From Patescibacteria group bacterium (GTDB lineage: Bacteria; Patescibacteriota; Microgenomatia; 0-14-0-10-38-17): a stretch of DNA of 64,000 bases. Positions 56,764 to 64,000 of the stretch are shown here, one piece after another; position 1 is the first letter of the stretch; every line of letters starts with the position of its first letter. The position numbers and the translations under genes were made by a program. The notes below the pieces were generated by a model, which was not told the origin of the DNA, did not search any database, and worked only from the letters and a program-made list of their open reading frames with translations. Where the stretch lies: assembly GCA_050947035.1 (NCBI GenBank), contig JBMNVW010000001.1:48967-112966 (forward strand), written 5' to 3'.

Positions 56764-59106
56764 TTATAATTTAGCTCGTCGGGTAATCTGCGCCTCAATT
56801 ACCGCTTTGTCCTTGCCATACTTTAGTCGAGACAGCTCAATAATATTCTTAGCCAGCTCCGGTTTCTCTAAAACCTTCTCCTTAGTCATATCCTTAGTCA
56901 AATCAAGAGAGAATGGCGGCACCGGTTCATTATTAACAATTGTTTTAACATAGGCGTTAAACCTCTCGATATTAAGAAGATCGTTTTCAGAAAAATCGGG
57001 CTGGAACTCATGTTGAAGGTAGGAGGCATCGGCTACCCCCACCCGAAAAGAAATCAAGCTCCCCACATTGCCAAAAACAGCGTTTTTAACTTCTTCTTCC
57101 ATCTGACCAATAAACTGATTGGCCACTGCCAAATTAAGATGATATTTTCTGGCTTCGGATAAAATCTGGGCAAAGTCTGGAGTAGCAAAATTTTGGAACT
57201 CATCAACATAAAGATAAAAATCGCGCCTTTTCTCTTCGGGAATATCCTGTCGGCTCATGGCGGCAATTAAAATCTTGGGTACCAAAACCAAACCCAAAAA
57301 GCTTGAGTTTTCTTCGCCAATCTTGCCTTTAGCCAAATTAATTAAAAGAATTTTCCCCTCATCCATTACTTTTCTAAAATCAAAAGATGATTGAGATTGA
57401 CCGATAATGTTGCGCATCATACTATCAGTAACAAAACGGCCAAATTTGGAAACAATATAATCCAAAACTTCGCTTTTATGAAAGTCTGATGTTTGAGCAA
57501 TCTGATCGGTCCAATAACGTTTAACCATTGGGTCCTTAATTTTAGGCAGTAACTCTTGAACATAGGAAACATCGGTTAGGACCCGAACCACCTCAACAAA
57601 AGTCGCTCCCGGTTCCGACATTACCGTTAACATCGCATTCCTAATAGCATGCTCAAAACGGGGACCAATAATACCGGTTTTATAAGGATCATAAAGCTTG
57701 TACATCAAATTAATAATTGAAGAAACAACAAAGTTTTTTTGCTCCTCAGTATAAGCCTCCAGTAAATTAAGACCCATGGGGCGAGCAGTATCGGAAGGGT
57801 CAAAATAAATTACATCTTCGGCCCGATCGGCAGGAATTCTAGGCAGAATTTTTTCAATCGTATCGTGGGGATCAATAAAACAAACTCCTTTGCCTTCTTC
57901 AATATCCTGGACAATCATCTGTTTTAATAGCTCGGACTTACCGGTGCCAGTTTTACCAATAATATAAAGGTGGCGACGACGATCGTCATCAGATAAACAA
58001 ACCGGACGAACCTCACCCCGATGAACGCTTTTGCCTAAATAAAGACCGGTTTTGGGCACTTCCGACGGCACTGGGGCTCGTTTGGCATTAAGCCAAGCAA
58101 TATTGGGCGTTTCAACAGTCTTGTTAGGAAGATGAAATATCGTCGCCAATTCGGCTGAATTAAGAATAATCTTTTTTCTATTCCATGGCCAAAGCGGCCA
58201 ATATCGATAAATAAAATTAATCATAAAAGCTCGCTTCCACCAAACTTTTTTACTGCTCAGGCCATTTTGGTCAGAATTAAATTGAGAAAGAGCGCTTTTG
58301 ATTGATGACAAATGCGCCTTGGCTTGATCGGTAGTTTTAGAACAAACCACTACCCGCAATTCCACCTCAAAACCGGGCTTAGCACACTTTTCTTCTATTT
58401 TTTCCAAAGTCTTACTATCCATCTTAAACTCGGCCTCTTCAGGATCAGCCTCTTTCTTTTTGGTCGAAGATAAAAACGACTTACCAATTTTTTGCCACTT
58501 ATTTCCTGCTGGCGATATTAAAATTTGGATAGCCACTCCTTCACCTTCAGCTAATTTAGATAAGGTTGAGGTTAAAGAAGAAAGGGGATCAACCGAAAAA
58601 TCCTGATAGGTTTTAATTGGATAAAAGGGTGAGTTTTTGAATTCGAAGGTTTTATAAACGACTTTGCCTTTTTGGGAGAAAATATTATACTCATCAATCC
58701 GTTTAATTACCGCATTCGGATAAAGACCATAAATTTGTCTCTCTAAAAGATTAACTTTTCCCTGAGGAATGGCAAAATAAAAACGAATGCTGTCCGGAGT
58801 ACCGACAATTTCGGCACTAAAGAAAAATTTCGGCTTTAAAAAAGAAAATTTACCGCCAGCTTTTAAAGAGTGTAGGTTAGTAAACAGTTGTTCGGCGGCG
58901 TCAATTTTAATTTCATTATCTCGAGGCAAAATTACTTGCAGTAAGACCAAATCAAGAGAGTGTTTTTCCCGATTTCTTTCCCGCCAAAGCAAAAACAAAA
59001 AATAAAACAAAAAACCCAAAAGGGCAAGACAAAAAAAACCCACTACCAACAAGATAATAGAACGGGCTAGAAAATAAAATAAATCATTTAAATTATAAAT
59101 CGTCAT
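56764..59106 (-). CDS. membrane-anchored VirD4/TraD-like (HerA/FtsK superfamily) ATPase
   Basis: N-terminal TM, RRRHLYIIGKTGTGKS Walker A, IDPH, LYVDEFQN Walker B, SEARKY, ANQ. Confidence 0.87.
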   Translation of the reverse strand: MTIYNLNDLFYFLARSIILLVVGFFCLALLGFLFYFLFLLWRERNREKHSLDLVLLQVILPRDNEIKIDAAEQLFTNLHSLKAGGKFSFLKPKFFFSAEIVGTPDSIRFYFAIPQGKVNLLERQIYGLYPNAVIKRIDEYNIFSQKGKVVYKTFEFKNSPFYPIKTYQDFSVDPLSSLTSTLSKLAEGEGVAIQILISPAGNKWQKIGKSFLSSTKKKEADPEEAEFKMDSKTLEKIEEKCAKPGFEVELRVVVCSKTTDQAKAHLSSIKSALSQFNSDQNGLSSKKVWWKRAFMINFIYRYWPLWPWNRKKIILNSAELATIFHLPNKTVETPNIAWLNAKRAPVPSEVPKTGLYLGKSVHRGEVRPVCLSDDDRRRHLYIIGKTGTGKSELLKQMIVQDIEEGKGVCFIDPHDTIEKILPRIPADRAEDVIYFDPSDTARPMGLNLLEAYTEEQKNFVVSSIINLMYKLYDPYKTGIIGPRFEHAIRNAMLTVMSEPGATFVEVVRVLTDVSYVQELLPKIKDPMVKRYWTDQIAQTSDFHKSEVLDYIVSKFGRFVTDSMMRNIIGQSQSSFDFRKVMDEGKILLINLAKGKIGEENSSFLGLVLVPKILIAAMSRQDIPEEKRRDFYLYVDEFQNFATPDFAQILSEARKYHLNLAVANQFIGQMEEEVKNAVFGNVGSLISFRVGVADASYLQHEFQPDFSENDLLNIERFNAYVKTIVNNEPVPPFSLDLTKDMTKEKVLEKPELAKNIIELSRLKYGKDKAVIEAQITRRAKL

Positions 59107-59441
59107 GACTGCTCCTTAAAGCCAACTTGGGCGCCAAAAATTTTAACCAATCTTTTCGACCATTCGGCCAACCAACGCCAAGAATCTTCTATTTTAGTTC
59201 TTAAGCCCTGTTCATATTCTTCTAGGCTTAAGGGCAAAACAACCTTAGGGTCTTGAGCCTTAGAAGAGGTTACTAAAGTCTGGCCGGTTTGGTCGTCTTG
59301 AATCGGCTGAATTAAATCATGCTCAGCTTTTTTTACTTCTTCAATATGACCGGCCATTTCCGGAGGAATACCCGAGGGTTTTATTTCTATAATCGGATAT
59401 TGATCAAGAGGAGCTAGTCGTTCTTTTTTGGCCGCTGACAT
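59103..59441 (-). CDS. hypothetical protein, translationally coupled to the ATPase
   Basis: ATGA overlap at 59103-59106; SWRWLAEW motif. Confidence 0.65.
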   Translation of the reverse strand: MSAAKKERLAPLDQYPIIEIKPSGIPPEMAGHIEEVKKAEHDLIQPIQDDQTGQTLVTSSKAQDPKVVLPLSLEEYEQGLRTKIEDSWRWLAEWSKRLVKIFGAQVGFKEQS

Positions 59442-59462
59442 ATTAGCTATTAGTATACAAGA

Positions 59463-60215
59463 TTACTCCCGTCCTCGCCAAATAGTTTGGGGCAAAATTT
59501 CCTGAACGGTCTTTAAAAATTTTTCTTCTTGATTATAGGAAAAGGGGGTTAGTTTGCTGAACTTATTGTCAAGACAATTTTGGGGGCGAAAACTTTGCAA
59601 CGCCCAAAAACGGTCTTTTTCTTCAATCTCTTGCTCAACAAAAAAAGCCTTAAGCTGATTGGCCATTATTAACAACTCTTTTTCATTGTGAAGACTAGGA
59701 ACCACCGTTGTCCTAAAATCATATTGGCCGCTACCGGTTAAAAACCAATCTAGCACTAGTTTAAAACTCTCCTGAACCTTTTCTGACGGAAATTTCACTC
59801 CAACTGCTTCGGCGTATCTTGACCAGCTAATTTTATAATCTAGAGCAAAATAATCAACCACACCTGCCGTTATCAATTTCTTAACTATTTCGGGCCGGCT
59901 GCCATTGGTGTCTAACTTAAGAGCCAGGCCTCGATCTTTTATCTTTTGACAAAACCCAACAAGATCTTTCTGCAAGGTTGGTTCGCCCCCAGTAATACAA
60001 ACCCCATCCAAAATTTTTTGACGAGAAGATAAAAAATTAAAAAAATCCTCTTCTTTTACCTGCTTATAATCAGATTTTTCAAACGCCTCACGGGAAAGAA
60101 TGTCTTTGTTGTGACAAAAAGGGCAAGCAAAATTGCAACCAACCGTAAAAACTGTACAAGCAACCTTGCCAGGATAATCAACCAAAGTGGTTTTTTCTAA
60201 TCCTCCTAATAACAT
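59463..60215 (-). CDS. nrdG: anaerobic ribonucleotide reductase activating radical SAM enzyme
   Basis: DYPG, CNFACPFCHN, ITGGEPT, KLDTNG; adjacent to nrdD. Confidence 0.92.
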   Translation of the reverse strand: MLLGGLEKTTLVDYPGKVACTVFTVGCNFACPFCHNKDILSREAFEKSDYKQVKEEDFFNFLSSRQKILDGVCITGGEPTLQKDLVGFCQKIKDRGLALKLDTNGSRPEIVKKLITAGVVDYFALDYKISWSRYAEAVGVKFPSEKVQESFKLVLDWFLTGSGQYDFRTTVVPSLHNEKELLIMANQLKAFFVEQEIEEKDRFWALQSFRPQNCLDNKFSKLTPFSYNQEEKFLKTVQEILPQTIWRGRE

Positions 60216-60242
60216 TTTAAGTCGACCGTTTTTAATTTAATC

Positions 60243-60401
60243 TCAAACCTTATATTCTTTTCTATCACTGTATTCGGAAGACTTGCCGTTATTCCATTGA
60301 TTAACCGGACGTAAATAACCGACAACACGAGAATAAACTTCGCAAGGAGTACGATCGGCGTTTGTTACTTTTTTGGCAGATTTTTTTGCTTTTTTGTTCA
60401 T
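60243..60401 (-). CDS. free-standing NrdD C-terminal glycyl-radical peptide (52 aa)
   Basis: Manual translation: MNKKAKKSAKKVTNADRTPCEVYSRVVGYLRPVNQWNNGKSSEYSDRKEYKV; SD-like AAAGGGGGTGA upstream. Confidence 0.9.
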   Translation of the reverse strand: MNKKAKKSAKKVTNADRTPCEVYSRVVGYLRPVNQWNNGKSSEYSDRKEYKV

Positions 60402-60623
60402 TTTTCACCCCCTTTATAAAAAATTTATAATTGTTAAAAATAATTTTTTATAAAGCCCACCAACGATTGCGACAAGAGCCATATACGAATAGTATTAAAA
60501 AGGCGACTGCGAAAATTGGGTGGGGCCCACCTTTTAAATTCAAAGCCCTAAGCTCAAAATTAATTTTTAAATTTTAAAATTTCTTTTGGAATTTAGAGTA
60601 TTTGGAATTTCCAGGAAAAGTGT

Positions 60624-63600
60624 TTACTTTTCCTGGTACCCTATTTCTTCATCGCACTTAGGACAAAATTGCCATTCACCCTTAAGGTAGCCATGAATTG
60701 GACAAATCGAAAAAGTAGGCGTAATCGAAAAATAGGGAAGCTTATAATTTTGAGAAACTTTTTTTATTAAGTTCTTAACGCTTTCGGTATCCGGCAGGCT
60801 TTCTCCTAAAAAACCATGTAAAACTGTATTATGAACAAACACCAGACAGTCCTTGCCAGCCAAATAATTATGGTTTTTCTTGGTCATCAAGTCATAGAAC
60901 AATTTGTTTTCTTTGGGCTTCAGCTTGGTTGTTCTCTTAACCCGCACCACCGGCAGTTGTCTTTTGGTTCGCCGTGATAATTGATTATTTATTCTTGAAA
61001 AATTAAAAGTATTTGTTAATCTATCGCTTATTCTCGTCATCTCATAAGCCGGAATTTTCAATCGCCAGATGTTTTTTTCATTTTTTCTCTTGGTCGGTTT
61101 TTCACTCTTGCTAATTAATATCCCGGCCAGAGTAAATATTTCTAATAAGTCGTCCGTTAATTTAGGGGAAACCGTATAATATTCAAAACTCCCGTCCCGC
61201 CTGGACAAATGTCCGTCACTATCCATTAATCCCGATAAAAATGAAAAAATATTATCGTTGCCAATTATATCTTTTACTTTCTTGGGCACCCCAACACTAT
61301 AAACCTTGCTGCCCGGCAAAAAACCCTTTTTTAGAAAAAAATCTACCGCTTCTTTCTTTGAGGTACTAACCTCCAGCAACCGATCGGATCTTTTGTCATT
61401 TTTTATAACATTAACCATACAGCCAAAATTGTCATTTAAAACTTGGGCAACTTTATTCATCGCCTCTTGATGTTCACTAAAAAACCTCAGTTTATATTTT
61501 TTAAGCTTATTACCGCCCCGATTGTCAATAAATTCTGACAGACAACCATCGCCAATATAAAAACCAATTAACCACATCAATTGATTTTCTAGCTCTCCCT
61601 TATTCGGTAAAATATTATTATTATTTTGTAAAATATAGTCTCCTTTTTTAAGTTCATCGGCCCGCCTGGTAACTACCTGATACTTGGATAGCTGGTGGTA
61701 TTTTTTTCGACAATCAGGATGATAACGCAAATGGGCGGCAAAAGCTTTAACATTTATAACCGGCTGATCACAAATCGGACATTTTTTAGCAACCCGTCTT
61801 TTTTTCATGACAAAAAATGGATGCCAATCAGAAGTAACAATATCAAGACCTCGCTCTCCTTCTATTCTTACTTTCCTCTTGCGCTCAACGTCAATTTCAA
61901 CCGCCTCCAACACTTCGTCCCACTCCGAAACCTCTTTCCCGGAATGATAACTTACCACCCGCAAAGGGCGCAATTTATTAAATTTCTCTACAATCTCCTC
62001 TATGGGCATCAACCCCTTATCGGTTAAAACTTTATTGCCTTCTTCGATACAACCTCCCGTATACTTACACTGCAACTTATCTTGCAAGTCTAGAGCTTCA
62101 AAAATATCCGTCGTATAATCAACTGGTAAATGTGAAGAATTGGTGTAATAAGGGGAGGCGCCATTTTCCTGATAATTCTTTTCGTTGGCACAAATTATTT
62201 TAGGAAATTGTTCTTTATCAAGGCGAGCAAAACGATAGGCAGTACTCTCGGCGGGGGTAGCTTCCAAATTAAACATTTCGCCTGTTTCTTGTTGATAAGC
62301 CAATAGTTTTCCTCTCATATAATCCATTATCTCAAGAGCAAAGGCTTGTCCTTCGGGATCGGCAATATTTTTACCTAAAAAATTAACCATCGCTTCATTC
62401 ATACCGTTTAAGCCGATCGTATTAAAATGGTTGCGCCAATAAACTTTGTTGCGCTTTTTTATGTCTTGTAAATAATGACGACAATAGGGGTAAAGCCCTT
62501 TTTCGGTAAATTCTTCTACGGTTTCTCTTTTGATCATCAAAGAATCTTTAGCCAAATCCATTAAGTGCCCAAGAAGAGTAAAAAACTTTCTTTTAGCAAA
62601 CCCTGGTGTCTTGGAATTAGTCTTAGCCAAATAACCAATTCGAGGTAAATTAATGGTTACCACCCCCAAAGAGCCAGTTAAGGGGTTAGCAGAAAAAAGA
62701 CCACCTCTTCGGCGCAATTCCCGATTATCCAAACGAAGTCGGCAGCACATACTCCGGGCATCATCTGGGTCCATATCAGAATTAACAAAATTAGAAAAGT
62801 AAGGAATACCGTATTTTCTAGTCATCTCCCAAACCGGCTCTAAGTTTTTATTATCCCAATCAAAATCTTTGGTAATTGAATAGGTGGGGATTGGGAAAGT
62901 AAAGACTCGGCCTTGAGCATCACCTTCCATCATATTTTCGGCAAAAGACCGATTGATCATGTCCATCTCTTTTTGGAAATCCTTATACTTGTCTTTCGTT
63001 GGCTTTCCGCCGATAATAACCATCTCTTCTCCCACCATCTTGGTTGGGTGAATATCTAGGGAAATATTAGAAAAAGGGGTTTGAAATCCGACCCGAGTAG
63101 GAACGTTCATATTAAAAACAAATTCCTGAAGGGCTTGCTTAGTCTGCTTATAAGTCAGACCATCATAGCGAACAAACGGGGCCAGGTAAGTATCAAAATT
63201 GGAAATGGCTACCGCCCCGGCCACTTCCCCCTGAATGGTATACATAAAATTAACAATTTGGCCCAAGGCGGAAGAAAAATGCTTGGGGGGGGCGCTATTA
63301 ACCTTACCGGAAACACCACCAAAACCCTTAGCCAAAAAATCTTTTAAATCCCAACCGGTACAATAAGCCGAAAGAGAAGACAGGTCATGAATATGAAGAT
63401 CACCCTGGCGATGAGCTTTTCTTATTTCCCGAGAATAAATTTTATTAAGCCAAAAGTTAGCCGAAATAATGCTAGCCACATGGTTATTTAAGCCCTGCAA
63501 AGAATAAGTCATGTTGGCATTTTCCTTCACTCGCCAATCACCTTGATTTAAATATTTTTCCGTTAGCTCATCAGCATCCACCAAACTACTAACACTTCTT

Positions 63601-63908
63601 AATTTATGGTGAAGTTGACGATAAAGGGTATAGGCGTTATGAACCTCGTCGTGGGAATGTTTAAGCAAGGTTTGCTCGACAATATCCTGAACTTGTTCGA
63701 CTTCGGGAACAATCGAAGAATTAAAGCGCTTTTCTAGTTCTGAAATCACCTCTTTGGCTAATCGACGAACCTCTTGGGCATCATCTTTACCGGCGGCTTT
63801 AAAAGCAGACTTAATCGCCCGGGCAATTTTGCTTGGGCTAAAGGCAACTACTCGACCGTTTCTTTTTTTTATCTTGGCAATTTTTGATTTTATTGCTTTT
63901 CTGGCCAT
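60624..63908 (-). CDS. nrdD: class III anaerobic ribonucleotide reductase large subunit with ATP cone and intein, lacking the glycyl loop
   Basis: IKKRNG ATP cone, HIHDL, SMCCRL, EATPAES, YYTNS, CPIHG...CPKC. Confidence 0.93.
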   Translation of the reverse strand: MARKAIKSKIAKIKKRNGRVVAFSPSKIARAIKSAFKAAGKDDAQEVRRLAKEVISELEKRFNSSIVPEVEQVQDIVEQTLLKHSHDEVHNAYTLYRQLHHKLRSVSSLVDADELTEKYLNQGDWRVKENANMTYSLQGLNNHVASIISANFWLNKIYSREIRKAHRQGDLHIHDLSSLSAYCTGWDLKDFLAKGFGGVSGKVNSAPPKHFSSALGQIVNFMYTIQGEVAGAVAISNFDTYLAPFVRYDGLTYKQTKQALQEFVFNMNVPTRVGFQTPFSNISLDIHPTKMVGEEMVIIGGKPTKDKYKDFQKEMDMINRSFAENMMEGDAQGRVFTFPIPTYSITKDFDWDNKNLEPVWEMTRKYGIPYFSNFVNSDMDPDDARSMCCRLRLDNRELRRRGGLFSANPLTGSLGVVTINLPRIGYLAKTNSKTPGFAKRKFFTLLGHLMDLAKDSLMIKRETVEEFTEKGLYPYCRHYLQDIKKRNKVYWRNHFNTIGLNGMNEAMVNFLGKNIADPEGQAFALEIMDYMRGKLLAYQQETGEMFNLEATPAESTAYRFARLDKEQFPKIICANEKNYQENGASPYYTNSSHLPVDYTTDIFEALDLQDKLQCKYTGGCIEEGNKVLTDKGLMPIEEIVEKFNKLRPLRVVSYHSGKEVSEWDEVLEAVEIDVERKRKVRIEGERGLDIVTSDWHPFFVMKKRRVAKKCPICDQPVINVKAFAAHLRYHPDCRKKYHQLSKYQVVTRRADELKKGDYILQNNNNILPNKGELENQLMWLIGFYIGDGCLSEFIDNRGGNKLKKYKLRFFSEHQEAMNKVAQVLNDNFGCMVNVIKNDKRSDRLLEVSTSKKEAVDFFLKKGFLPGSKVYSVGVPKKVKDIIGNDNIFSFLSGLMDSDGHLSRRDGSFEYYTVSPKLTDDLLEIFTLAGILISKSEKPTKRKNEKNIWRLKIPAYEMTRISDRLTNTFNFSRINNQLSRRTKRQLPVVRVKRTTKLKPKENKLFYDLMTKKNHNYLAGKDCLVFVHNTVLHGFLGESLPDTESVKNLIKKVSQNYKLPYFSITPTFSICPIHGYLKGEWQFCPKCDEEIGYQEK
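60828..62051 (-). mobile_element. intein (408 aa) with LAGLIDADG homing endonuclease
   Basis: YTGG|CIEEGNKV, TSDWHPF (block B), LIGFYIGDG and FLSGLMDSDG, FYDLMT..NHNY, VHN|T. Confidence 0.93.
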
Positions 63909-64000
63909 CAATAACACCCTAAAAACCCTCTTCAAAAAAATAAATAAAGAACAAGCGACCTGAGAAAAGGCCTATTTTGCCGGGGCAGGCTACCTCTTGT

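Noticed and set aside
54951-59106. Integrative conjugative element (recombinase, tRNAs, VirD4-like ATPase)
   Set aside because: Housekeeping genes (xth, ftsB-like) are interleaved; no relaxase, virB genes or bounding att pair

Overview
AT-rich, gene-dense bacterial chromosome segment. The gene styles (N-terminally short IF2, short MetG, free-standing PolA 5'-3' exonuclease, VirD4-like ATPase, many GT-C glycosyltransferases, Cys/Pro/Thr-rich surface proteins, tRNA-Ile(UAU)) suggest Patescibacteria/CPR, probably Microgenomates; this is inference. Core genes: pnp-rpsO-infB-nusA, hrcA-grpE-dnaK-dnaJ with two CIRCE-like operators, murJ, metG, rpsT, pcrA, femX-like, murI, recF, mutM, ftsH, xth, nrdG/nrdD and four tRNAs. 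Main observations: (1) a REP-associated HUH tyrosine transposase flanked by a ~55-nt palindrome found seven times in the window, plus at least four unrelated palindrome families; (2) a split class III ribonucleotide reductase whose glycyl-radical loop is a separate 52-aa ORF missed by the ORF track, while the large subunit carries a LAGLIDADG intein with a C2H2-like insert; (3) a four-helix-bundle gene enclosed by inverted heptamer arms between two CAU tRNAs, with an exact 54-bp duplication of a tRNA 3' end around a structured ~150-nt insert; (4) a candidate polyprenyl-phospho-pentose glycosylation pathway (UbiA-type phosphoribosyltransferase, FAD oxidoreductase, GT-C enzymes, HAD phosphatase) following PilN/PilO-like and Thr/Pro-rich surface-protein genes. 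All calls come from reading motifs; no database searches were run.
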